From Pseudogymnoascus verrucosus (Eukaryota), in assembly GCA_001662655.1 (NCBI GenBank), contig KV460218.1: DNA of 64,000 nt; one strand, written 5' to 3'. Below the pieces are notes generated by a model, which did no database searches, had not been told where the DNA came from, and worked only from the letters and a program-made list of their open reading frames with translations. This document shows, in pieces, positions 10,697 to 23,296 of the stretch. Position 1 is the first letter of the stretch, and each line of letters begins with the position of its first letter. The position numbers and the translations under genes were made by a program.

Positions 10697-13600
10697 CTAC
10701 CGCAACACCCCCATTCACAGCCTGCACAGCCTTAGCAATAACCCCCTCGCTCGCCTCCTTAGCCAGTTCCTCGCTCTGTTGAAGACCCTTCCGGATCGCG
10801 AGGACGCTGTCGACTATGACGGCGTCTATGCCTTCTTTTACTTGTAGCTATTTTCACACACGTCAGCATTTCCTCTCATCTCCTTGCACCTCATCTCCAT
10901 AATAGGGGGGGGGGGGGACGGGGGAACTAACCTGCACCATCTTCGGATCATTATTCTGCACCCCATAACTCACACAAACAAGCCCATGCTCCTTAACCAC
11001 CTTCACCAACCTAGGCGCCGCACAAAACGCCGCCGCCTGCGCCACAATCCCAAGGAGATTCCAGCGGCTCGCGAACCGGATCGCTTCTTGCAGACTACTC
11101 GCCCTTATATCGCCGACCGGCGACGCGCCCGCATCTGACAAAAACAGGATGGGGAAATTAGGCTGCTTGAAGGAGAGAACGAGACACACATCCGGGTTGA
11201 AACTCGAGAAGATCAGGTGGCGCTGGCCGCCAAGCTCGTACGCTTGGGCGAGCACAGCATCAGTGAAAGAGTTAAGTTCGACAGCGTAGGCATCCATATT
11301 ATGCTCCTCACTCTCATGCAACATCGGATACTTCAACTCGATATTAAACCCCACCTTCTCCGGCAGTTTCCTAAACAACTCCTCCAGCGTCGTGAAAGGC
11401 TGCTGAATAAACCGTCCCCGCGAATTCGCTTTATACCCATTCGCCTTAAAGTCGTGCGTGTACTTCATCCGCTCCTCCATCGCCGTATTCATGTCCGTCG
11501 GCGTATACCCCACTGAGAGGGAGCGCGGGCGCGGGGTTAGCGCGGGGAGGACGGGCAGGGCTTGCGAGGGGGTATCGGCTTTGCGGAGAGGGGAGGGCGG
11601 TTGAGAGCGTGTGGGTGTGTCGTTGACGTGGAGGAATTGCTCGAGTGTCAGGGTATGCACTGGTGCATCGATTCCCGTCTCTGAAACCAAAAAGTCGTGA
11701 TAGATCACGGGTACATGGTCTTTAGTGAGCTGGACATCGAATTCCACGTAATTCGCACCCAGGTTCGCGGCAGAGATGAAGGATTGAATCGTATTCTCCC
11801 CCAACTGCAGGGATTTATTCGCTGTCTGGTTCTTTCCCAGCCCCCGGTGTCCGATCACCATAGGCGACGTCAGGCTCTTCCAGTACGTCTGCGTCTCTGT
11901 GATCTCCATGTTAGGGTGCGAGAAGGGCGTGATGATGAGGAAATTGAAGTTCACAGTCCCCAGCACCTCGAGGGTGTCAGCCGCCACGATGGGGACAGAT
12001 AGGTCGCCTGCGAGGTTTGCGCGCTTCGAGCCGACGGTGGAGCGGATAGAGGAGAGGAGCGCGACAGCGCGGCCGAGCTTGTGTTTCTGGTTTCCGGAGT
12101 AGGTGGGGACGAGGTCGAAGAGGAGCTTTACTTTCGAGGGGTCTTTGGTGAGGAAGGTGAAGGGTTCTGTGGCGATGTTTTCTTGCACGGGGAGGTCGAT
12201 TGTGGTTTGATCGCCTTCGGCGCCGACGGCGGAGACGAGGATTGATAGTGCGGTGTCGAGCTGGGTGGAGTGGGCTTCGGCGATGGGGATCTTTTCGAGG
12301 TTTACGGCGTCGTTTGGCTTGCGCATGTCCATTGATCCGAGGCTGACGAGAACCATGCTCTGATCCGTTAGATAACGATGACCAAACGCCCTGACGGGGT
12401 TCGATTCCTTAACGGTAGTCAACGAGTTCCTCTCTTCCAGAGAAGCTATACCAGGAGGCGAACCAGTCAACCCGGTGCTACCGTCAAGGGATTCCGCGTC
12501 ATGCGTTATATATTCAGCTAGCAGCTCCGCGATATCAATATGCCCTCTCAGCGCAGCATGCTCACGCGCATTCCACCCAGAAGAGTCCTCTTTGTTGACA
12601 TCCGCATGAGCTTCCACGAGCAACTCGATGATAGGAAGGTGTCCGTCAACGGCCGCGATATGCACAGGCGTCCACTCAAAATACTTCTCGCAGACATCCG
12701 GATCCGCCTTCTGCTCCACAGTGCCATCGAGAAGGATCTTCGCGCACTCGACATGACCGAATCTGGCAGCGACGTGTAGGGCCGTCTCGCCGGCGGCATC
12801 TTGCCAGTTCACGTCAACACCCGAGTCTACCAAGAGACGGACAATCCTGTAGTAATTCGACTTTGTGGCGAGATTCAAGACGGCGCTGGACTTTGAGCTT
12901 CTAGCCGCCTTTCCAGTGACGCCCTCAGCTTCAAAGAGCGCCTTGGATGTAAGATAATGCCCACCGACAACACTCAAATGCAGCGGAGCCAGACCCTCAT
13001 GATCTTGCCACTCCGGCGCATCGATTCCGTTGTCAACATTGAACAGGCCCCATTCGCGCATAAACTTCATCAGAACCTCGCAGACGACAACGATGCCGAG
13101 CTGTGCAGCGTAATGAAGTGGTAGTCGGCCATATGAGTCTTTGGCTGCGATGGCGTTGTACTGGGAAGGTTTCATCCTCTCCAGCACGTACGATAACATA
13201 TTAACCGTCTCGCCATCGAGGCTCGGGGTTTCAGCTTCGGCGCACTTGCTGGCGCGCGGGCCTAGGAGAGGCTGAGCAGCTGGATGGATGAACTGGTTCG
13301 TCTCGAGTAACTGAGCAGCCTGGTCCTTGTTCGTCTTGTTGATAGCCAGAACCAAACGATGCAGGCAATTCCGCTGGTTGATATCATCCGGCTCGTCAAA
13401 GTCCTTGACTTCCGCTAAAAGGAAGTCAATGCACTTCTTTGACTTGCTCGAGATGGAGCGTTGGAGGAGCGTCAGCTCGAGGCTGTTCAACGCAGGATCT
13501 CCAGCATCAAACTCAGCAGTCGCCAGTATCTCCTTCAGTATAGACGCATCGTCATTCTTCACTGCCCCCTTAACCGTCTCCAGCAACCCAGACGGCAAGT

Positions 13601-14266
13601 TCAGCATCGGCTTATGCACCGAGTGTATCGACTTGCTCTCCGGGGTCTTCGCATCATTCAGCGCCGACAACCAATCATTAATCGACTTCATACTCTCCGC
13701 CAGCGCCTGATTCGTGGCAAACTGCTTCGGATCCACGCGCGACGCGATATACGACTTCTGTATAAACGAGCTCTCGATCTTCTTATCCAACTTCTTCGTG
13801 ATCTTCAGGAACCCCCTCCGATTCACCTCCCCAAACCACTGCAGCTTCCGCAACTGCCCGCGCAGATCCAGCAGCGCCGCGCGCAGCTCTTCGAGGTCGT
13901 CATGGTCGCGGTGCTCGAGCAGGCGCAGCCGACGGGACGCCTTGCTGTACTTGCGGTTGTAGAACTCGTCGACGGTCTCGAGGTTGCGGTCGAGGGAGAA
14001 GAAGAATTCTGGAGAGGTCAGAGGGGGGGTGTCCGGGGGGAAGTTTGTGGATTCATGAGTGCGGACCTGCCAGATCGGCGTGGTCGGGTTCCGCGGCGAT
14101 GGCTCGGATGAGCTTCTTGAGCCCTTTGTAGTTGATGTAGCTGGATGCCCATTCGGGAACTTGGTTTCGGGGGAGGCTGGGGGGGGGGAGCGGTCAGCGT
14201 ATGGGACGTAGATGAGGTGAATGTGTGAGTGAGAGGAGGATGCACTTACTTGCGACCGAACTTCAT
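10697..14266 (-). CDS. GDE1: SPX-ankyrin-GDPD glycerophosphocholine phosphodiesterase
   Basis: MKFGR|NLPRNQVPEWASSYINYKGLKK (SPX), NRRGFLKITKKLDK, ankyrin repeats (GETALHVAA), GDPD motifs IGHRG, VEFDVQLTKD, FNIELKYP; last exon LQVKEGIDAVIVD...VLR*. Confidence 0.95.
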
Positions 14267-15099
14267 GATGTGTTATGAGGCGTAGCAGCAGCAACGTTAA
14301 TGGGCGGTGAGTTGCAGCGCCGGGTGGCGGTCAAAGGACAGGATGAGACAAAAGGTCAACAGAAGGTGGTCCATTGAGATATATGAGAGTTTTTCGCCGA
14401 TGAACGGAAGCTGGGTCCCTGAGAGCGGGATGTAAAAGAAAGAAGATTCAAGAGCAAGTACAGCTGTATACAGCAACTTGTATGCAGCTCGAGCTTCTCA
14501 GAGTCCTATCCCGAGGGTCAAACAATGGGGCCACGAGGGAGGTCAGAGTGACAATAATATCCCTGCAAAGTGGCGCTACGGATGCAGGAGGAAAGAGGAG
14601 CTGCTGATCGTGAGGGGCGGGTCGAGTGTATAGGGTGCGTGCGGGTGTATGGGAAGGATGTATGGAGAAGAGAAAGATTTCAAACAAAGAATGTCGGGAT
14701 TATTGGAGGGATCGTAGGGAAATGTAGGGCAGTAGAAGAGGGAGATGGGACAACTGACTCTCATCCGCGCCGCTCGACGCCGGCAGAAAAGGCCGTGTCC
14801 CGCCTGACGCCGATGACTGGCTGGAAATGTTATTCTGCCGCCCGTCGCGTATCGGCGGCGTGGTTGATGTACTCACCGCCTTTGGGAGGGGGGTGGAGGA
14901 GAGTGGAGGGGGGGTGGAGGGAGGGGCAGAGACTTGGAAGGGACGGGGGGGTTATGTACTCTGAGTCAGCTGTGAGCTACTGTGGGACACTACTGTAGAA
15001 ACTAAGAAATTCGATGCAGGTACATGAGGTTTAAGTAGAGGGAGGGTATCCTGTTGGATTAGAGCACTCCGAGGACCGCGTATCTGCCCTTGAGAATGG

Positions 15100-15370
15100 G
15101 GTTATATGCACTCCAGACTGGATATATGCACTCCGCCGTCATCGTGTCCACAGGTAGTAATATACGTGGATATATATCTGGATATATCCACTCCACCATC
15201 ATGGCCGCCCTTTATCCCCAGCTTGTAAGAGGCATATCTACGTAGATATATCTGGATATATGCACCCCGCCATCATCACCGCCCTTTGTCCGCAGCTACA
15301 GTACAGTAGCAAAGAGGAATGTACGTGTACGTGCGTGGCTATATCCAGATATACGCACTACCCCTTTATC
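15100..15370. repeat. Degenerate ~60-75 bp tandem repeat with near-palindromic core ATATATCTGGATATAT
   Basis: GGATATAT(G/C)CAC(T/C)CC(G/A)CC(A/G)TCATC recurs at about 15120, 15180 and 15254, with decayed copies at 15101 and 15340. Confidence 0.7.
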
Positions 15371-15782
15371 GTCGCATCACCAAGCACACCGCGGAGAATA
15401 TAAGACATCCATCGTGGTCAGGTGCAGGCAGGTCTTGCCAGTCTCTGTGTGTACGCTGTTCATAAAATAAATAATAAAATATATGGCATCATCTACAGTA
15501 TTTCCTTTTTTCCCTTTTCTTTTTATTTCCCCCCTCCACCCGTACCAAAACCCCCAAAACCTGGGATTGCTGGGCTGGGCTGGGCTGGGCGACAAGGGAC
15601 ACTCCACACGTTAAAAAAAAGTTGAACCTTAAAATGTGTGGTCACGAGAAGTGCAGCGTACCTTTTCTTGCGTAGGCGGTGGACGGTGGACATATCGTGT
15701 ATGGTAATAGTAGTAGTGCTGTAAAAAACTAGAATTCCCCTCCTATATATGCCCAACTAACACACATACTCCCATCAAAACG

Positions 15783-15873
15783 GGCCTGATAGTTCAGTGG
15801 TAGAATTCTTGCTTTGGGAGCTCATCAGCATTCAAATTGTAAGAGGTCTCCGGTTCGATCCCGGATTAGGCCC
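15783..15873 (+). tRNA. tRNA-Pro(TGG) with a 19-nt intron (15819-15837)
   Basis: Acceptor stem GGCCTGA/TTAGGCC, anticodon stem CTTGC/GTAAG around TT-TGG-G, T-loop GGTTCGATCC, downstream oligo-T terminator. Confidence 0.93.
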
Positions 15874-16765
15874 ACTTTTTTGTTGTTTTTAGCGATTTTT
15901 TTTTTTTTGGTGGTGGTGGGTGGTGGTGGGTGGACCTCGCTCAGTTCAACTGTATGTGTGTACCAGGAAGGCGGGGGCCTTCCAGCTGTCAGACAATCAC
16001 GTGCAGGGAGACGGAGAGTATAATCTTTGGTCTCGCAGAGTGTGGACGGTGATTATGGGATAAAATAATGGATTCAATCGTTCTGAGCGTCATGTTACAT
16101 TCCTTTTGCAGACCAGCTACCCAGAAGTACATCAAAGAGACAAAATCCCCTTCACAGCCACCATAAAATCAATAAATGGCTTCAATCACTCAGGGCTGAA
16201 CAAGCCGTGTGATGTGACTCTGTCCCAAACCAATCACCCAGACGCAACTCAAAGCCACAAATCAATCTCACAGAGATAATTCAATAGATGAACGCCACTG
16301 ATCACTCTCACTCACACTCTCACTCACACCCCCATATCACACCCTCTTCCACACCATTCACTCACCCACAAAGCAACTCAACCCAACTCAACCATCTCAA
16401 GTATCAATCTCATTCATTCCCTATCTGCGCGCAATTATGGCCTCCCATCCACGTTTGCTGCTCCACCAGTTCCCCTCGTTCCCCTCCCCCGCTTCTGACC
16501 AAGAAAATATATGAGGTATATAGTTAATAAAACAACGAGATCCCAAACACCATGCATCAATCCCATCACCGCCGACAAACACGCTTCTTTCCCCTCTGTA
16601 TATCCGGCATATATCCACAACCACGCTCTTCCCCTCCGTATATCAAGCATATATCCACAAACCCCCCTTTCCCCAAACCACCCCCCTTTTCGAAATAAAC
16701 CTCCTACCCCCTCTCTCCCCCTCCCCCCCTTCTCCCCCTCCCCCCCTTCTCCCCCATCTCCCCCT

Positions 16766-17845
16766 CTACAAAAACCCATCCCCAGCCACAATCTTCCTCG
16801 CCTCCGCAATACTCCACTCCGTCCCCGTATCATCCTCCATATCCATAAACAACCCATGTGTATCACTATACGTACTCAACTGCGCCCCCGCACTCCCCAA
16901 CGCATTACTAATCCTCCACGTCCCATCCAGCTCACTCCTCACATTCCACTGCTGCCCCGTCACCGTATCATCCGCCTCCTCCATCAACGGATTAATCCGA
17001 TCCGACGGATCCAGAAACAGGCGAATACCCTTCCCGAGGTACAGGCAGGCGAACCAGTACCGCTCGTCCGCGTCGGGCACTTTTTTGATCTGCCAGTACT
17101 GTCCGTCGCTGTCGGCTGTGAGGGACATGTTGAGCTTGCGCGAGAAGGTGCCGTTGTCCTTTTGGATGTCGAGGGAGTATTCGCGCTTGAGATACTGATT
17201 CGATAAGCGGTAAAACGTGCCCTCGTCGAACCTTGCCGTCGCCGTAGCACTGGCAGTCGTAGCCGTCGCGTCCGTCGAAGTAGGATCCGTCGTCGTCGCA
17301 GTCGGCGTCGTCGTCACACCCGCCGCCGCCGACGACGACGACCCAGCAGTATCACCACCAGCAGATGCACCAGCACCATGCGAATCCTTCGACTTCTGAC
17401 TCCCCACCACACCACCCACCACGGCCCCAATGACAATTAACAACGCAGCAACTACCAGACACCAGAATACCACCACCGATAACCCACAGATCCGCTTCTT
17501 CCTCCCCTTCTCATCAGGCTGCATCGCATACGGCGCAGCCTGCATGAACCCCCCCGGCTGATTCTCTGCATACTGCCCGCCTGGGGGGGGGTTGATATAC
17601 TGCCCCTGCTGTCCCTGCGGCAGCTGCTGCTGGTATGGCTGCTGTTGATACGACGGCTGATACGGCAGTTGTGGTCCCAGCGCTGGGTTATCGGAGTAGG
17701 GCGCTTTGTTGTAATTCTCGACGTATGCGCTGTGGACTTGTAGTCCCTCGGACTCGGGGCGTGGACCCCCGTAGTGGGGGCCGGTGTGCCCGGCGTGAGG
17801 GGAGGATTGGGGGAGGGGTTGGTAGACTTCGGGGAGGTCGGACAT
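16766..17845 (-). CDS. Type II membrane protein with Thr/Ala stalk and a C-terminal ricin B-like (QxW) lectin domain
   Basis: Q/P/Y-rich N-terminus, KRICGL plus transmembrane segment ending GGVVG, S/T/A stalk, then YRLSN..LDI..GQYW, GQQW and GTEW triple repeat typical of beta-trefoils. Confidence 0.75.
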   Translation of the reverse strand: MSDLPEVYQPLPQSSPHAGHTGPHYGGPRPESEGLQVHSAYVENYNKAPYSDNPALGPQLPYQPSYQQQPYQQQLPQGQQGQYINPPPGGQYAENQPGGFMQAAPYAMQPDEKGRKKRICGLSVVVFWCLVVAALLIVIGAVVGGVVGSQKSKDSHGAGASAGGDTAGSSSSAAAGVTTTPTATTTDPTSTDATATTASATATARFDEGTFYRLSNQYLKREYSLDIQKDNGTFSRKLNMSLTADSDGQYWQIKKVPDADERYWFACLYLGKGIRLFLDPSDRINPLMEEADDTVTGQQWNVRSELDGTWRISNALGSAGAQLSTYSDTHGLFMDMEDDTGTEWSIAEARKIVAGDGFL

Positions 17846-19296
17846 GGTTGTGTGTTGTGAGGGGGGTTAGGGTGAGGGTGAGGTGGGTGAGGTGGTGGTT
17901 ATGCGCATTCCAGGGCCGAAGCTCGCTGGTCGTGGTCGACAAGGCTGTGGGTGTGTGTTTTGTTTGTCGCTCAGCTGAGAGTGTGTGTGTGTGGTTGGGG
18001 ATAGTAGCGACAGTATTCGATACTCAATGGCCAGAAGCGCGAAGGAAAGAAATGATGATGAGATATCTTGAAGTCGAAAAACGATGGTAGAATGTGTGAG
18101 GAAGGAGAGTAGGAGGAGGAGGAGGAGGGTGGTAAGCACAGGAGAAAAAGACCAGAGATGATAGCGTCGTTACTAACTGTACAGTAGTAGTAACCTCTTA
18201 CCTGGATGCTTGCGCGACATTAACCTTACCATAGGACTTCGGTGGGTATAGCCCCCCATCCTGTCAGGATTCCCGTCCCTGCTCCCCTGCCACATGGCGC
18301 GTCTCATCTCCCATCCATGCGCCAGTAGGGTGATTGTGTCCGTAGAGAGTATCCATCCCATATCCCGGTATCGCATACTTCAGTATCCATCCCAGTATAG
18401 CAATTGTGTATGCCACCCCCAGTATGTCAGTGTCAGTGTCAGTGTTGCAGTATAGAGCCCAGCAATGCAATAATGCCTTCGAATATCCCCGTTCTCCCCA
18501 GTATCTCCCCAGTATCTCCCCACCGCCAGGGCTGCCAATCTCCCTCCTCCCCCCCCATCATCAACACACGAAATAAGCCCAGCAAATACGGCGAATACAG
18601 CCGGAGGAATAATCCCCCCCCCTGTGCCCAGCTCTGCCCGCCTGCGTCAAACCTCCATCCATCACCCACTCACGCCCCGTCCCTCCAGCCACACGCGGGT
18701 CCCGATCCCACGGTCTGACAGCCGCATCGACCAATCAGAGGGGGGTTTCACTCGCTAGTCCTTGCTAATTAAGGGCAGTTGCAGGTGGAGCTGTTTTTTC
18801 TCCGGTGTGTGCGGATTTCCGCTGTGGTTTTTTGGGGGGGTGTGGGGGCTAGGCTGGATAGAGGTTAGCGTTGTCAGCTGAAGGATTTGGGGGCTGTGGT
18901 GGAGAGGATTGGGATTGGATTGCTGGTACGAGGGGGGAAGGGATTACAGGGGGCTAACTGGATTAGGTTAGGGAGCCACACTGGTGGTGTTAAGGTAGGT
19001 GGTGTGTCAAAATAGCATACAGTAGTGGTGACAGTGGTGTATATTTAGAAACTTGTCCTGGTTTTGGTCTTGGTTCTGGTCTTGGTCTTGACAGCTTCCC
19101 TGCTGACTCTGGTTAGGATTGTCTGATCTTGTCTGATCTGGTATGTATGGATTGATATAATTGGATTCTTCCTCATTATTCAAGGTTATCATTACTTTTA
19201 CAGTATGGTATGTACACTATCCTACCAACTAGCCACATATGCACCGTAGGGTATCCAACCCAGATCCAGACTCCCTCAAGTCTATTTATTCTATTC

Positions 19297-21411
19297 TTAA
19301 AAACACCCCGCCAGCGGTCCCTCCTCGGCATACTCCTCCTCACCAAGACCTCCAACACAATATGACGTCGCTGCCATAGGTCGAAAGTTAGACCTAGCTT
19401 CCTCCACAACCTCTACCAGGCTAGGCGGCGCCACAAACACCCCCCCATCCTCCCCTCCTCCCTCCTCCTCCACTAGTTTCGAAATCTTCACAAAGCTCGG
19501 CAAATCCGCCATCAACATCCCTCCAAACTCCCTGGGTATCTCCTCAACTCTCATCCTGCTCACCTCCCCCTCCCCCCTTATCCTCTCCCTAAAAGGCAAC
19601 GACACCCTCCTCGCCCGATAACTCGCCATATCCTTCGCCTCCTCGGCGTGGAAATGCCGTATCATCGCCGCGAACTGCTCGGGGTATATGTACCGCGCCA
19701 GCGGGTGCTGGACATCCTGTATCACCTCCGCCGCGTCTGCCGCTCCCGATAATGCGGAGCCTAAACCACAGGCTTCGAGAACATCGTGGATCTTACCCCG
19801 CACGTCTGAGTTGTAGTCCAGCCCGCCCCCCGGCTTCTCTTTCTTCCCAAACTGCCACGACAGCGCCGTGACGATGCGGAGGAGCGCGCTGGTCCGCTCG
19901 GGACACGTGAGGCTGTAATATACAATATCGGCGAAGACCTGGGTGCGCACGTAACAACCCTCTTTGATAGCCGTCTTGAGGTACCGCAGCGCCCCGTCCA
20001 GGTTGTGGAAGGTCATGCACCCTCGGATCAGAGACTCGAAGATATCCGAGTTCCGGTGCGCCTTCTCTTGTAGATACCCATCTCGGTGTATGACGTCTGT
20101 GTCCAGCGCCCATTTTTGCACTGTGGGTTTGGTCAGGTCGAAGATATGATGTCTCTCGAAGCCTAGGCCGTCTTCTAGACCGGCCATTTGTCGGACGGTT
20201 GTGTAGAACTTCTCGGGGTCGCGTGACATCCCGTAATGCATGAGTATCGCTGATAGTATACCCTCGTCGGGACGTAAGCCGTTGTTCTTGAACTGGTGCA
20301 CTACCACCTCGGCGAGCTCGGGTTGTCGTAGCTTCGTGAAGGCGCGGATTAATAGCTCGTACGTGGCGGCGTTCGGCACTGATGTTGAGGTGAGAAGGTT
20401 GTAGCAGATCTTCGCAATCATTAGATCGTAATTCCGCTCTTTGAATCCAAGCGTCTTTGTTATAGAATCAAGTGTTGCGTTCAGACTTTGCGAGTCTGAA
20501 TTGCTCCCCACGGTGCCTACCCTGGGGTAGTCTGGCGCTGCCGTAGTGCCATCCAACATCGGCATCATAAGCTCAGTCAGCCGCCTGATTTCGGACCTAG
20601 CTTCCATCTCAGCGTCCATTCCCGCATCTGTTCCCACCCCGCGCCTTGCGGTTCCTTTTTGCCCCATCGATGTAGCTTGCCAAAGTTCGTGCACGAGTGC
20701 ATTAACGTTGCGCGCCAGTCGATCCAATTGATATGTCGTCCGGGGGTCCCAATGCGACATTGTCGAAGCAGCGAATTCGTTCCCTTCCAGTAGCCTGCGA
20801 TCGCTCTCGACCGCAACCGGGGATCTCTCCTTCGTAGAACCCTCCCGCCGATTGGCCTGATTTATATTATTCCAGTTCCCCGACTCTTGAACGCTCTCCC
20901 ACAGCATACCCTCCAATTCGTCCCAGACCGGAGTCATCGATTCCCTCCGCCTCGGCGTCGACTGCGGTGCTTCAAGTATCGGCATCGGCACAAAACTCAT
21001 GAGTTTCCGCACCGTCGTTGCGCCCTCCTCCAGCTTCCGACATATATTCGCATCCGGTGTATACTCCTCGACCTCATTCCCCATAATATTCGACTCCTCA
21101 TCCGCCGCCTTCCCAATCGACACCCGTCCCGGCGTCGAGATACTCGCCAAATCCTTCCCCGACCTCACCTCCTCAATCGCCTGATCCCACTGCAACAACC
21201 GCTCATCCTTCCTCCTCGTATCATACACCGCGGCCGTCGCCAGCATCGCCGAGAAACTCGCCGTAAACACATCGCTCGGCCGTAACCGTCGTCGCGCCGC
21301 CGCTGCTGTGCCCCCGCTCGTCGTCCGAGCAATCCTCGCGCCGGCTTGCAGACATGGTCCACACTGACAGGACCGGCTGGCCTGCACGGTGCGAGACCAG
21401 AGAGCTAGCAT
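19297..21411 (-). CDS. Mitochondrial pentatricopeptide-repeat (PPR) protein
   Basis: 704-aa ORF with an Arg-rich presequence-like N-terminus and PPR-like PNAATYELLIRAF, RPDEGILSAILMHY, IFESLIRGC. Confidence 0.75.
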   Translation of the reverse strand: MLALWSRTVQASRSCQCGPCLQAGARIARTTSGGTAAAARRRLRPSDVFTASFSAMLATAAVYDTRRKDERLLQWDQAIEEVRSGKDLASISTPGRVSIGKAADEESNIMGNEVEEYTPDANICRKLEEGATTVRKLMSFVPMPILEAPQSTPRRRESMTPVWDELEGMLWESVQESGNWNNINQANRREGSTKERSPVAVESDRRLLEGNEFAASTMSHWDPRTTYQLDRLARNVNALVHELWQATSMGQKGTARRGVGTDAGMDAEMEARSEIRRLTELMMPMLDGTTAAPDYPRVGTVGSNSDSQSLNATLDSITKTLGFKERNYDLMIAKICYNLLTSTSVPNAATYELLIRAFTKLRQPELAEVVVHQFKNNGLRPDEGILSAILMHYGMSRDPEKFYTTVRQMAGLEDGLGFERHHIFDLTKPTVQKWALDTDVIHRDGYLQEKAHRNSDIFESLIRGCMTFHNLDGALRYLKTAIKEGCYVRTQVFADIVYYSLTCPERTSALLRIVTALSWQFGKKEKPGGGLDYNSDVRGKIHDVLEACGLGSALSGAADAAEVIQDVQHPLARYIYPEQFAAMIRHFHAEEAKDMASYRARRVSLPFRERIRGEGEVSRMRVEEIPREFGGMLMADLPSFVKISKLVEEEGGGEDGGVFVAPPSLVEVVEEARSNFRPMAATSYCVGGLGEEEYAEEGPLAGCF

Positions 21412-21740
21412 TATACCATCCCGGGTCCGTCGTGTGTGTGAAAGGTCTATAACACGGGGCTCGTAGGGGAATTGCGAAAGGCCGGTGGTGGGGAGCTCAA
21501 TTGGGCGTGTTCGGGACTTTTTTTGGAGGGCTCCGAGGACCTGCGTTATGCTCAGCAGTTATTGCCGACCTTGCTGCGTTTAGCGCGCCAAGCGAGGGAC
21601 GCCGCTTTTGGCTTATCGTGGGTTGGATATCGGGACAGCTTCGTCTAGATTGAGGTGGAACTACTTTTTGATTTCCGCGATAATACGAACGCAAGTCAAT
21701 TTTAAGCTCCTCTGGAAGAGCTGTTGATTTTTTTGAAGAC

Positions 21741-22434
21741 ATGCTTTCTCTTACCTTGACTGCTGATCTCTCCGGGTAAGACGACTCCCATCCGATCCCA
21801 CAATTCACATGCTTACAACCTCTCAGAGTGACTGATTTGCGTCCGGATGATACTCCAGAGGATCCCTTCTGGTACACGTTCAAGGTTCAATGTACATCTT
21901 GCAGGGAAGTTCACCCTAACTGGGTCAACGTGAGCCGATTTGTATGCTAGAACCCATCTCTCCTCCGATATTCCAACAGCTAACGAGGGATTTAGGAAAT
22001 GAACGAGATGAGCGGCAGCAGAGGCGAGGCCAACTTCGTCTGGAAGTGCAAAATGTGCAAGGTGAGATTTACCACTGGAAACCGTGTTCGTGGCCATGTT
22101 TAATCCGTTTGGACAGAGAGAGTCTTCGGCGACAATCATGGCACCACCAATTTCATATCAGCAGGAATCACCTCCAAAGGCCCAGAAGGTCATTGATTTT
22201 GACTGCAGAGGTCTTGAGTTTATAGATTTCAAGCCTGAGGTATGTGTTATATCTTATGTGTGTATATGTGCGACTCTAACATAGCTATAGGGAGATTGGC
22301 TGGTCACGGGAATCGACTCGGGAACCAAGTTTGAGGCTATCAACTTCGAGGAGGGAGATTGGTACGAGTATGATGAGAAGGCAGGAGATGAGGTTAGCAT
22401 TAAGGATTTGAAGTGGGAGATCAAGAAGGCGTGA
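21741..22434 (+). CDS. DUF866 / CXXC zinc-binding protein (C1orf123-like), 5 exons
   Basis: Spliced MLSLTLTADLSG|VTDLRP..FKVQCTSCREVH..|EMSGSRGEANFVWKCKMCK|RESSA..FDCRGLEFIDFKPE|GDW..WYEYDEKAGDEVSI. Confidence 0.9.
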
Positions 22435-22846
22435 TGGGTGGTAGTAGTAGTAGCAATTAAACCAAACTTTGCTGTGATGTTGTGTTGTGTTTGAATTGAT
22501 ATTCGTGTAAAATAATTAAATTTCATGCAAAATATTATAAAGACCGATATCATTCAAATCTAACAATTAAAATCCTCTCATACAAAGTCTATTTCTATAT
22601 CATACCAGACCACCATCTAGTCTCCAGATTCTACATTGTAGCATCCTATAAATTCCCAAAGATTTGAAATATAATAAAGCCCACCTACCCCTCATTAAGC
22701 GCCATCACCAAAATTCGACAGCCTCGCTTACATAATCACACCCACTGAAAAGTAACAACCGCCAAGAATGTTCACGACAGAAGCTCCAGCCGCGTCGAAG
22801 CCCAAGTACCCTCGTCCCAGACCAATATACCCACAACACCGCCAAA

Positions 22847-23296
22847 ATGAGTGTAAGTCCCTTCCACCCTCCTCGAATGCCTCGACGATGCTAATATAGC
22901 GCAGGTTATGCCAGTTAACCCCCGACCGATGCTACAATCGCTGTATGTCCTCCCCCTCGGCCTCACCCCAGCCCACCCGCACCACCCCAAGCACAAACAC
23001 GCGGCACAACGATCCTCCTCCCTCCCTTCCCTGACCGGATCCGCGCATGTCTAACTATCAGCAGTGTGAACGAAGAAGTAGTAGTGCGCCTCAAGTGGGG
23101 ACAAACCGAATACAAAGGCATCCTCGTCTCCATCGACAGCTACATGAACATCCAACTCACCAACACGGAGGAGTTCATCGACCAGAAGCTGACTGCCGCG
23201 CTCGGCCAGGTGCTGATAAGGTGCAACAACGTGCTGTGGATCCAGGCTGCGCCGACGGGCAAGGAGGGTGGCGGGGATACGAAGATGGAGGGATGA
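22847..23296 (+). CDS. SMX3: Small nuclear ribonucleoprotein SmF, 3 exons (6-nt first coding exon)
   Basis: MS|VMPVNPRPMLQSL|VNEEVVVRLKWGQTEYKGILVSIDSYMNIQL..LGQVLIRCNNVLWI. Confidence 0.95.

Noticed and set aside
15100..15370. CRISPR-like repeat-spacer array
   Set aside because: Eukaryotic context, degenerate units, related spacers and no cas genes.
16511..17206. 231-aa Pro-rich plus-strand ORF
   Set aside because: Non-ATG start, built from C-runs in the 3' flank and antisense of the lectin gene.
19055..19092. TTGGTC-like hexamer repeat; also an 11-bp repeat at 1282-1312 and an 18-21 bp repeat at 270-340
   Set aside because: Simple micro- or minisatellites with no further structure.
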